Below are positions 8,810 to 17,461 of a stretch of DNA of 64,000 bases, in pieces. Numbering within the stretch: position 1 is the stretch's first letter; each line of letters opens with the position of its first letter. Origin of the DNA: Caldisericia bacterium (GTDB taxonomy: Bacteria > Caldisericota > Caldisericia > JAAYUI01); assembly GCA_963674785.1 (NCBI GenBank), contig OY771555.1:288001-352000 (forward strand), in the 5' to 3' direction. Both the position numbers and the translations under genes were made by a program. The notes beneath the pieces are model-generated. The model was given only the letters and a program-made list of their open reading frames with translations. It was not told the origin of the DNA and ran no database searches.

Positions 8810-11800
8810 GTGAAACGGGACAGGGGAAGTAAAGAATTGAGTAATCTAAACACCAACGCAAAAGACAAAGCACTAAAGAGTTACTACAAAGAAATAAAAG
8901 AGCAGTATGACATCTATTTTAAATCTCATACAAAAGGAAACCCACCAGAAAGTGCTGTAGAGCCAGCATTTCTAACACTCCTCCTGCACTGCTCAAAAAA
9001 AGTAAACTGGAAGTTTGTCCCAAAAAAACCACTGCCAAATGGAAACATCCCCGATGGTACATTCCTCGAACCATCCGCAGGAATCCTTTCGATGGGATAC
9101 ATAGAATCAAAGGACGATGATGACGACCTTGACGCAGAAATCCAAACCAAACTAGGAACAAAAAACTATCCCCGTTTCAACATCCTTTTCTGGCAACCAA
9201 AACGAGTGGTATTGTACCAAAAAACAAAAGTCCGAGATGAAAATATAGCAGAAAATCCGGAGATGCTTGCATCGGTTTTAAATGACTTTTTCAGTTACGA
9301 ACATTTTGACAGCCGTTCTTGGAACGAGGCGATAAAAACCTTTGATGAGCAGATGCCAATTCTTGCTAAGGGTCTGCTTGAAAAAATCGAAGAATCAGAA
9401 AAAAGTCACAAACCATTCATCAAAGAATTCGATAAATTCTATAACCTTTGCAAATCATCAATCAACCCAAACATTGGTCGACCCGCAATCAAAGAGATGA
9501 TTGTCCAGCACCTTCTCACAGAACGAATTCTTAGAAGCATCTTTGACCTGGACAGGTTTGTAACAGAAAATGCCGTTGCAGGGCAACTCGATAAACTTAT
9601 CGAATCTATGACCTCAAAATACTTCAACAGAAAGAAGTTCCTTGGCACACTCGACCATTTCTATGATGCGATAATCAAAGCTGCCGAGGGACTCGAAGAC
9701 TTCAAAACAAAACAGGTCTTCCTAAACGATATTTTTGAGCGGTTTTTCCAGGGGTGGGCGGTCAAGTCCGCAGACAGACTTGGAATCGTTTATACCCCAC
9801 AATCGGTAGTGGACTTTATGGTGAAGTCAGTTGATGAAATCCTCAAAACTGAGTTTGGAAAAAAACACGGGCTAGGAAGCAAAAACGTGCACATCATTGA
9901 CCCGTTTGTCGGAACAGGAAACTTCATCGTAAACGTGATTGACAAAATCAGCCCAACAAAACTCGCCCATAAGTACGAACATGAACTCCACTGCAATGAG
10001 ATTTCTCTCATGCCATACTACATCGCAAACATGAACATCGAACATGCCTACTTTGAGGCGGTGGGGCAAAGGAAAGAATTCCCAGGGATCTGTTTTGCTG
10101 ACACATTCCAGATGAGCGAGGAACACGGCGGACTATTTTTCAATGAGGAAAATACCCAAAGGGTAATCAAACAAGCAGGTTCTGAAATCTTTGTTGTGAT
10201 AAGCAACCCACCATATAACGCCCATCAAGCCGATGAGATGGATAACAATAAAAACAGGAAGTACCCGGTACTTGAAAACAAGATAAAAGAGACTTACTCA
10301 AAAGACTCAAAGGCGACGCTCAAAAACGCTTTGTCTGATCCATATGTAAAAGCTATCAAATGGGCAAGTGACCGAATTGGTGAAGAGGGTGTTGTTGCGA
10401 TGATCACCAACAACAGCTTTGTTGATACATACGCCTTTGATGGGATGAGGAAACATCTTGAGAAAGATTTTGATAGGATATATGTGCTTGACCTTGGTGG
10501 AAATGTCAGAAAAAACCCAAAGCTTTCTGGAACAACACACAATGTTTTTGGGATACAGGTTGGAGTATCCATAAACATCTTTATCAAAAAGAAAACCCTC
10601 CCGGATTCGCTAGGTGAACCCCCCCTACCCCCCCTGAAAGGGGGGGCTGAATTGAAAGGGGAGGGCAATAGCCCCCCTCCTCGAGGGGGGAAGGGAAGCG
10701 AAGCTTCCCAGGGGGGTTTACTAGACCTTTACTATGCAAGAGTAGACGAGTTCTGGAAAAAGGAACAAAAGTATGATTACCTAGAGAAAAAAGTTGACAT
10801 TGGTGGTGTAGAGTGGAGAAAACTCACTCCTAATAAAAACCATATGTGGCTAACAGACGGCATAGCCGATGATTTTGAGGAATATCCACTTATGGGTGAT
10901 AAGAACCAAAAAGGTAAAGCTGACTGTGATACAATTTTCAGTTTGTTTAGTAGTGGCGTAAAAACAAACAGAGATGTTTGGGCTTTCAACTTTGATAAAA
11001 AATTACTTGAAGAAAAAATGAAGCTTCTCATAAATACCTATAATGTTGAATTGAAGGCTTGGCAAATATCAAACAAGAAACAAAAAATAGATGATTTTGT
11101 CACTTATGATGACAAGATAATCAAATGGGATGGGACTCTGAAAAATGATCTTTTGAAGGGTAATAAAGGAGAGTTTTCAATCAATAAGATCAGGAGCTCA
11201 ACATACAGACCTTTTATAAAGAAGTATCTTTATTACTCATCTATGTTTAACAATAGCACATATCTACAATATAAATTCTTCCCAACCCCAGAATCTGAAA
11301 AAGAAAACCTGACAGTACTAATGACCGATGTAGGCTCAGAAAAACCATTCATGTGTTTAATTTCAGATAGGATAATTGATTTACACACAGTTGGGGCTGG
11401 ATGTAGTGCCCAATGCTTCCCCTTCTACACCTATAACGAAGACGGCACGGGCAGGCGTGAAAACATCACAGATAAGACTCTCACGATGTACCAGGAGCAT
11501 TACAAAAAAATCTCCCCACCCCCGATAGAGGAGAACCCCTCTACTCCCCTCTCCCTTCCCAAGGGAGAGGGGCAGGGGGTGAGGGTTAAACTCATAAACC
11601 TTGCAAGAACACTTAGAAAAAAACAAACCCCATCAGAAGAAATCATGTGGGGAATTCTTAGAGATAAGAGATTTGCCGGACTTAAGTTTAGAAGGCAACA
11701 CCCACTCCATGGATATATACTAGATTTCTACTGCCATGAAAAAAAGCTTGCGATTGAAATTGATGGTGGTGGTCACAATACTGAAGAAAAACAGAAGAAA

Positions 11801-12544
11801 GATAAACATCGAGATGAAGTTCTTTTGGGTAAAGGAATAAAGACTCTCAGATTTTGGTCAAATGATGTGACAGGGAATATTGAGGGTGTTGTTGATAAGA
11901 TTTACGATATTATCTCCCCACCCCAACCCTCCCCTCAGAGAGGGGAGGGAGCAGCTAGTTCTTCCCCTCTCCCAACAGATGGGAGAGGGGTTAGGGGTGA
12001 GGGTTCAAATATAACAAAATGGGATATTTTCTACTATATCTATGCTATGCTCCACCACCCAAAGTATCGAGAGGATTTCAAGGAAAACCTCAAACGTTCA
12101 CTTCCACGCATCCCTTTTGCACCAGACTTCCACTCGTTCAGTAAAACCGGCAAGAAGCTTGCCGACCTCCACCTGAACTATGAATCAGCCGAGATTTATG
12201 AGCTTGATGAGATAATCGACAAAGATATCTTCCCAGAGGCCAAATTCACGGTTGACAAAATGAAGCTTAGTAAAGATAAAACCGAGCTTATTTATAACAA
12301 GGCAATCACACTCTCTGGTATCCCGCCCGAGGTTTATGATTACAAGCTTGGTAACCGCAGTGCCCTTGAGTGGATAGTTGACCAGTACAGGGTCAAGACC
12401 GACAAACGCTCCGGCATCACCCAAGACCCGAACAATTTTGATGGTGATGAACGCTATATCTTTGACCTTGTGGGTAAGATTGTGACGGTGTCGCTTGAAA
12501 CTGTGAAGCTAGTCAAGGAGTTATCAAAGCTGAAATATAAGTAA
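8810..12544 (+). CDS. Single-chain Type IIG/ISP-like restriction-modification enzyme (PD-(D/E)xK nuclease, N6-adenine MTase, Type ISP C-terminal specificity region) with two in-frame insertions
   Basis: IPDGTF...YIESKD nuclease motif; GIVYTPQSVVDFM; motif I IIDPFVGTGNF; motif IV NPPY; Type ISP C-terminal motifs GVKTNRD, YRPF, DIFYYIYAMLH, LPRIP, GNRSALEW. No helicase domain seen. Start may be TTG 8837. Confidence 0.9.
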   Translation: MKRDRGSKELSNLNTNAKDKALKSYYKEIKEQYDIYFKSHTKGNPPESAVEPAFLTLLLHCSKKVNWKFVPKKPLPNGNIPDGTFLEPSAGILSMGYIESKDDDDDLDAEIQTKLGTKNYPRFNILFWQPKRVVLYQKTKVRDENIAENPEMLASVLNDFFSYEHFDSRSWNEAIKTFDEQMPILAKGLLEKIEESEKSHKPFIKEFDKFYNLCKSSINPNIGRPAIKEMIVQHLLTERILRSIFDLDRFVTENAVAGQLDKLIESMTSKYFNRKKFLGTLDHFYDAIIKAAEGLEDFKTKQVFLNDIFERFFQGWAVKSADRLGIVYTPQSVVDFMVKSVDEILKTEFGKKHGLGSKNVHIIDPFVGTGNFIVNVIDKISPTKLAHKYEHELHCNEISLMPYYIANMNIEHAYFEAVGQRKEFPGICFADTFQMSEEHGGLFFNEENTQRVIKQAGSEIFVVISNPPYNAHQADEMDNNKNRKYPVLENKIKETYSKDSKATLKNALSDPYVKAIKWASDRIGEEGVVAMITNNSFVDTYAFDGMRKHLEKDFDRIYVLDLGGNVRKNPKLSGTTHNVFGIQVGVSINIFIKKKTLPDSLGEPPLPPLKGGAELKGEGNSPPPRGGKGSEASQGGLLDLYYARVDEFWKKEQKYDYLEKKVDIGGVEWRKLTPNKNHMWLTDGIADDFEEYPLMGDKNQKGKADCDTIFSLFSSGVKTNRDVWAFNFDKKLLEEKMKLLINTYNVELKAWQISNKKQKIDDFVTYDDKIIKWDGTLKNDLLKGNKGEFSINKIRSSTYRPFIKKYLYYSSMFNNSTYLQYKFFPTPESEKENLTVLMTDVGSEKPFMCLISDRIIDLHTVGAGCSAQCFPFYTYNEDGTGRRENITDKTLTMYQEHYKKISPPPIEENPSTPLSLPKGEGQGVRVKLINLARTLRKKQTPSEEIMWGILRDKRFAGLKFRRQHPLHGYILDFYCHEKKLAIEIDGGGHNTEEKQKKDKHRDEVLLGKGIKTLRFWSNDVTGNIEGVVDKIYDIISPPQPSPQRGEGAASSSPLPTDGRGVRGEGSNITKWDIFYYIYAMLHHPKYREDFKENLKRSLPRIPFAPDFHSFSKTGKKLADLHLNYESAEIYELDEIIDKDIFPEAKFTVDKMKLSKDKTELIYNKAITLSGIPPEVYDYKLGNRSALEWIVDQYRVKTDKRSGITQDPNNFDGDERYIFDLVGKIVTVSLETVKLVKELSKLKYK
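10610..10724. repeat. In-frame palindromic insertion (REP-like family C) bounded by CTAG
   Basis: Outer inverted repeat aacccccc/ggggggtt, internal C-run/G-run hairpins; encodes low-complexity GEPPLPPLKGG...SQGGL inside the R-M gene. Confidence 0.75.
11510..12005 (+). mobile_element. DUF559 (Vsr-like) endonuclease cassette flanked by palindromic REP doublets (family B), inserted in frame in the R-M gene
   Basis: Domain LARTLRKKQTPSEEIMW...KFRRQHP...ILDFYC...AIEIDGGGH...RDEVL...LRFWSNDV (about 11588-11911); flanks built from cccctctccc-N-gggagagggg...ggggtgaggg hairpins. Confidence 0.8.
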
Positions 12545-12893
12545 CACCACCAGGTTATCAAATATGCTAATATAAAGCCCGTAGTAAGACTTTTGTGCTC
12601 TAGTCGTAACAACAAAAAATCAAACAAAATTTTTCAGCTTGTTTTGAGCTTTAAAATTAGCATCTTACTAAAAGACATTGACTCCGAACAACCCTTATAA
12701 ATAACATTCTGTTGATGTGGACTCTTCAGATACCCCCTAGTTTCATCAAAAACACATAAACATCTGTATATTTAAGATATTTAAAATATTTTTTAATATT
12801 TTCATAAATTTTGAACTTTTTTTACAATTTAGGTGTATTATATACAGTATGAAAAAGAGCAGCTGAAGAAAAGGCTGTATAAGGAGAAAGAAT

Positions 12894-13214
12894 ATGGATA
12901 AAAAAGAACAAATTACGAATGCTACCGATTCAGAAAAAACGGAAGAATTAAATAAATGTCTTTCAAGATATGGTGAGATTTCCGATGAGGGTAAAAAGAA
13001 TCGAAGGAGGATATTCTTAACAGGAAAAGATTTACCTTTGAATGACCCAGAAGTTGTTTTTGGAATGATCCAGAAAGATGTTTCCAGCTTGAAATTGAGA
13101 AAAATGAAGTTGAAAGATAAAAAAGTCTATGAATTTCACTATCTGTCAGATAAAAAGGATGATACAGGGGAAAAGATTCCATATCTTGATATTGAGCTAT
13201 TGAATAGATATTAG
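12894..13214 (+). CDS. Small hypothetical protein, paralogue of 13385..13762
   Basis: AAGGAG RBS; shares EELxxCLSRxGExSxEGKKxxRRIFLT and IPYxDIE with the next ORF. Confidence 0.75.
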   Translation: MDKKEQITNATDSEKTEELNKCLSRYGEISDEGKKNRRRIFLTGKDLPLNDPEVVFGMIQKDVSSLKLRKMKLKDKKVYEFHYLSDKKDDTGEKIPYLDIELLNRY

Positions 13215-13280
13215 TTTGAAGGATGAAATTTAGATAATCAAAAGTAGGAATTGATTATCTCCAGATCGATCACAAAATTA

Positions 13281-13318
13281 TATCATCTCAAAAGCATCTC
13301 AAAGCTTTTGAGATGATA
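13281..13318. repeat. Perfect 15-8-15 inverted repeat (terminator, operator or recombination site)
   Basis: tatcatctcaaaagc-atctcaaa-gcttttgagatgata. Confidence 0.7.
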
Positions 13319-13384
13319 GATTTGTTGGTGTTAAATAATATCTAGTGATTGAAAGTCTTGAAGTGACAAAAACAAAAGGAGAAA

Positions 13385-13762
13385 ATGAATATAAAAAAAA
13401 CAAATGTATATGTACGAGAAACTGAAAAAATGGAAGAGTTAGACAATTGTCTTTCGAGATTTGGTGAAGTTTCATCTGAGGGCAAAAAATATCATAGAAG
13501 GATATTTCTAACAAGAGATGATTTACCAATATGCAATGCAAAAGATCTCATTAAAATGATCAATAATGATCTGAGCAAATTAGAATTAAGCAACCTGAAG
13601 ATAGTAGTCAAAAATTATTATTTCCATTTTCAATCAGCACAAAAAGATAGAAACGGTGAGATTATACCGTATATAGATATTGAGTTTGAAAGGAGTTATG
13701 ATAGAAACAGTCAGGCTCATAAGCAACCTATAACTGATAAAGCTTCTCATTATTCAGACTAA
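13385..13762 (+). CDS. Small hypothetical protein, paralogue of 12894..13214
   Basis: AAGGAG RBS; clear similarity to the upstream ORF. Confidence 0.75.
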   Translation: MNIKKTNVYVRETEKMEELDNCLSRFGEVSSEGKKYHRRIFLTRDDLPICNAKDLIKMINNDLSKLELSNLKIVVKNYYFHFQSAQKDRNGEIIPYIDIEFERSYDRNSQAHKQPITDKASHYSD

Positions 13763-14044
13763 TTTTTTGTTGTTGTAACAGAGATTAAGTCGACCGGCAT
13801 GACCATATATCAAGAGTGTGATTCTTGTAATTTTCAACAAGTCCATGATGTGTAATAGAAGAAATAATGTTCATGTCGGGATCTGAAATCTGAAGATTCC
13901 TCGAACTAAAATATCCACAGACATCAATATTGTTCTAAAGGTACTTTGCACCCTATGACAATGCTTCATTGGTGTTGTAGTAACAGAACAATTTGATATC
14001 ACTGGGAACACAATCTCAAAGCCGACTTTTTTGATGTTTTCAAA

Positions 14045-14344
14045 TCATACTTTTTTAAATGTCATAGAAATTGCTCTGTACCCTGGAACTCCTTCAAGTG
14101 ACAAATAACCATGTGAGTAATACGTGAAGTCATTATTTTTGAAAACATCTTTTCTCTCAAAGTCAAGCTTTTTAAGCTTATCCATTGTCTGATTCTTCCA
14201 ATACATCCATATTTTATGTTTGTCATCATCTGTGAAGCAAACTGTCGGAAGTATTGTAATCGAAACTAGACCACCATTATCATAGTTGTATAAATCAACA
14301 AAGAGTTTCTGATCTGGTTCATTATTTTTTACAGGATATACCAT
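14045..14344 (-). CDS. Small hypothetical protein
   Basis: ORF track 14045..14371; AAGGAGG RBS precedes ATG at 14344 (MVYPVK...). Confidence 0.65.
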   Translation of the reverse strand: MVYPVKNNEPDQKLFVDLYNYDNGGLVSITILPTVCFTDDDKHKIWMYWKNQTMDKLKKLDFERKDVFKNNDFTYYSHGYLSLEGVPGYRAISMTFKKV

Positions 14345-14459
14345 AAGCCTCCTTAAGGTTGTTACTAACATAAGTATGTTCTAATATTTTATAATTGAAA
14401 GGACATTTGAGTTTGAATAACTGATTATTGGGTTTGTTCTTTCAGAAAAATATTAGCCA

Positions 14460-14546
14460 ATCCTTGAACTGATTGGAAAGATTGTGACGGTGTCACTTGA
14501 GACTGTGAAGCTTGTAAAGGAATTGGAGAAATTACCGTATAAGTAA
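14460..14546 (+). pseudogene. Orphan diverged copy of the last 28 codons plus stop of the R-M gene
   Basis: ILELIGKIVTVSLETVKLVKELEKLPYK* versus IFDLVGKIVTVSLETVKLVKELSKLKYK* (12458-12544); 66/87 nt by manual alignment. Confidence 0.9.
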
Positions 14547-14575
14547 TTCACACCCACGTCACACCACCACCCTAC

Positions 14576-15037
14576 GTCTTCCCCGCGTAGGCGGGGAACC
14601 AGGAAGCATAACCAAACGCATACTTACTCTTGATTCACAAATCCTCGATTTATCGGCAATTCCTTGATATAATACCTTCATGAAACAGCCAGCTGTCTAC
14701 ATCCTTGCCAGCAAGAAAAATGGAACTCTATATATTGGCGTTACAAGCAATCTAATCAAAAGAGTCTGGGAGCATAAAAATAATGTAGTCGATGGATTCT
14801 CCAAGCTGTATCAAACTCATATGTTGGTTTATTTTGAGATATTCCCCAACATGGAATCAGCGATCACAAGAGAAAAAAGACTGAAAAAATGGGAGAGAGC
14901 TTGGAAGATAAGGATTATTGAGGAGAAGAATCCGGATTTGACGGATTTGTATGAACAGATTATTTAGTATTTTTTATTCAGAAATCAACTTCTGTCGTGA
15001 ATATAAACTCCTGGATTCCCGCCTACGCGGGAATGAC
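14576..15037 (+). mobile_element. REP-flanked GIY-YIG cassette (putative autonomous partner of REP family A)
   Basis: 28-bp inverted hairpin repeats at 14576-14603 and 15010-15037 enclose one GIY-YIG gene. Confidence 0.65.
14680..14967 (+). CDS. GIY-YIG nuclease family protein (YhbQ/UPF0213-like)
   Basis: AVYILAS...LYIGVTSNLIKRVWEH...AITREKRLKKW; extended -10 TGaTATAAT 6 nt before ATG, no SD. Confidence 0.92.
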   Translation: MKQPAVYILASKKNGTLYIGVTSNLIKRVWEHKNNVVDGFSKLYQTHMLVYFEIFPNMESAITREKRLKKWERAWKIRIIEEKNPDLTDLYEQII

Positions 15038-15068
15038 ATAGAATAAATGTGAGAATGTCTAGTTACTA

Positions 15069-16001
15069 CTACATAGCCTCCTGAATTGTATCATCCATCC
15101 AGCCGCCCCAACCTGGGGTTTCTTTTACTCCACCACCTGGGATCAGTTCAATTCTTCTCCTGTGGACAAGTGTAAGTCTCAGAGATTCTAAAATTGCAGG
15201 AGTGACGGTATGTGCCTGTTCCTGGCTTCCTGAGTCGATTGGTACACGTGTTGAAACCTGCTTTAGGTAAAGATTATTCAAGTTTCCAATCTTTGATTCC
15301 AAACTTGGACTTGCATCAATAACCGGCAAACCAAGTTCTTTGCAGCCTCTTCTTGTAAATGGAAGGTTTGATGAGTATGAACCTGTAACAAACTCTGAAA
15401 CAATATTCATCGCCTCATCCTCTTCATATTTTTTTCCTGAAAGGGCTACCGCTTTTTCACACACCTCAACCGCGAGGTTGTGCGCTCTCATTGCAGAACC
15501 CAACATCATAGGGTCAATCTCGATTCTGTCAAAGGCAGTCGTGGTGTCGACATCCCAGAAACTTGCAAATCTCATATATTCCATGATGTCAAACGGATTT
15601 ATGAATCTGCTCGCCTCATCATCTGGCTCTGACCTTACTGTTTGAATATGCATTGGGCCAAGCTCAGAGATTGGAGACATTATTATTTCATCCGCTCCAA
15701 GTGCGATGAATGCTGAAGCACTGAAAAGCTGCCCAGGAACAATCACCGAGAGATGATCGCAGAACTCTCGAAGCAATGAAAGCACCCTCCAGACAGCCTC
15801 TGGTGAGCCACCCCTTGCAGAAATCATGAGGTCGATTTTTGTCTGTCTGCCCATTGTCATGAGCTGGTGGAAGAGTGGCGGAACCACATCATCTGCAACC
15901 GATGCTCCCTGTGGGGAGAGCATATATGTCAATACCTTTGAGCCACGTTCAGCCTCGATTGCTGAAATCAGCTCATGTCTTTTATTTCTTGTTTCGTCCA
16001 T
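15069..16001 (-). CDS. SDH family Clp-fold serine protease (DUF114-like)
   Basis: IDLMISARGGSP, SASAFIALGADEIIMSPISELGP; GGAGG RBS before ATG 16001. Confidence 0.8.
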   Translation of the reverse strand: MDETRNKRHELISAIEAERGSKVLTYMLSPQGASVADDVVPPLFHQLMTMGRQTKIDLMISARGGSPEAVWRVLSLLREFCDHLSVIVPGQLFSASAFIALGADEIIMSPISELGPMHIQTVRSEPDDEASRFINPFDIMEYMRFASFWDVDTTTAFDRIEIDPMMLGSAMRAHNLAVEVCEKAVALSGKKYEEDEAMNIVSEFVTGSYSSNLPFTRRGCKELGLPVIDASPSLESKIGNLNNLYLKQVSTRVPIDSGSQEQAHTVTPAILESLRLTLVHRRRIELIPGGGVKETPGWGGWMDDTIQEAM

Positions 16002-16051
16002 ATTTCCTCCGGTGGAGATTTTATCCATGAGAATCTTACCGCATTAGTTTT

Positions 16052-17461
16052 TTATTTCAAATTCTCCCACCTTTCTCCATCAAATCTAACACAAAAAATT
16101 ACCATCCTACCACTTTTTGATTTTGACCCTACAACCACAGGGTTATTTTGTTTATCAAGCTTTATCAAAGGTTTTTGTGTAACAGATGCTGCATCGATAG
16201 TATCCGAAAAAACTTCATTAATGTTTTCAATTATAAGATTATCAGATGAAAACTTTCCTTTTTCCCAGGTGGCATAGTATAGAATGTTGCTCCCATCAAT
16301 ATTATCTTGTGTATATACAATATGTGGATTTCCATTTGAATCTAATGTCAAATCTGACCACATTGACACATCAATCGGTAAATCTAGTTTTGCATTTTCG
16401 GATTTTGGATTAAAGATTTTGCCATCTGCACAAACAAGTTTTTCACCATCCCATCTTACAAAGTACAATGAAATCTTTTCTCCAATCTGTTCATGCCAGA
16501 GAATAACAGGATGGTTATCTTTATCTAAAACCAATTTTGGTCTTGTGGATATCCCATCGGTTCTTCCAATAAAATAATCACGGTTTTCAGGCACAAACTC
16601 TTTACCATAAATAGTTTTGAAACCCTCTCCTTCATTACTTAAATAGAAAAGATCAGAATGCTTTTCATCGTAAAAATCTGATAATAAGAAGTGTTTTACT
16701 CCATCTGATCCAAGGGCAAATGAAGGCTGCTTGAAGTCATCATAAACCAATTCGCGGAGAATATCTGACCTGTAATAAGTTTCGACCTCTTCCCCCTCAA
16801 TATTTCTGCATTTACGCCCGTCCCAGTAGGCATAAGAGATACATCTACCACAATTATCAGCACCGGATCCATTTGTGTTCCCAGCAAAAACATTGGGAAG
16901 ATCCTTATCATCAAGCCATAGATCGATGATCGAGTTATTTTGACCTCTAAATAAGTCATCACCTCTCGGTATCAACTCAGCATTTGTTTCCCATCCATTA
17001 TCCGTTGAGTATTCCTCTCCAGTTGCTGTGATCCACTTTTCACCATTCCACTTTATGTACGCGAGTACAGAATTACTATCACTAAACCAAGCTAGATTTG
17101 GGTATCCATTTGAATCAAGTTCTATGTCAGGGAAACGAGATCTGCTTGTAGGACTAATATCTCTATTTACAAAACATTCCATATTTTCTGGATCATAAAT
17201 CAAACCATCTGCTATCACCCAATTCTCCCCATCCCAGCGGGTGTAAACAAGAGTAGACTTTCTGAAAGCCTGCTCTTCCCAAACAATGTGTGGATATCCA
17301 TCATCATCCAATACAAGTGATGGGTTTATGGAATTAAGCTTCTCGCTCTTAATATGTTTATTCAACGCCTCATCGATATAGTCATCATATGTGAGCTCTT
17401 TTCCACACCCAAAACTTGCCAAAATCATCAAACAAACAATTATCGATAAAGTTTTTTTCAT
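16052..17461 (-). CDS. Lipoprotein with repeated LDxxGxPHxxW...YxxWxG blades (beta-propeller-like)
   Basis: GGAGG RBS, ATGA overlap with upstream paralogue, lipobox-like SFGC, internal repeats. Confidence 0.8.
   Translation of the reverse strand: MKKTLSIIVCLMILASFGCGKELTYDDYIDEALNKHIKSEKLNSINPSLVLDDDGYPHIVWEEQAFRKSTLVYTRWDGENWVIADGLIYDPENMECFVNRDISPTSRSRFPDIELDSNGYPNLAWFSDSNSVLAYIKWNGEKWITATGEEYSTDNGWETNAELIPRGDDLFRGQNNSIIDLWLDDKDLPNVFAGNTNGSGADNCGRCISYAYWDGRKCRNIEGEEVETYYRSDILRELVYDDFKQPSFALGSDGVKHFLLSDFYDEKHSDLFYLSNEGEGFKTIYGKEFVPENRDYFIGRTDGISTRPKLVLDKDNHPVILWHEQIGEKISLYFVRWDGEKLVCADGKIFNPKSENAKLDLPIDVSMWSDLTLDSNGNPHIVYTQDNIDGSNILYYATWEKGKFSSDNLIIENINEVFSDTIDAASVTQKPLIKLDKQNNPVVVGSKSKSGRMVIFCVRFDGERWENLK

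Noticed and set aside
11510-12005. DUF559 insertion as an intein or self-splicing intron
   Set aside because: No N-terminal Cys/Ser block with C-terminal His-Asn, and no recognisable group I/II intron ends; the frame is simply continuous.
13763-14044. Possible decayed minus-strand gene with a faint PIN-like stretch (ISDPDMNIISSITHHGL)
   Set aside because: Several in-frame stops and only a short weak resemblance; cannot be supported without a search.
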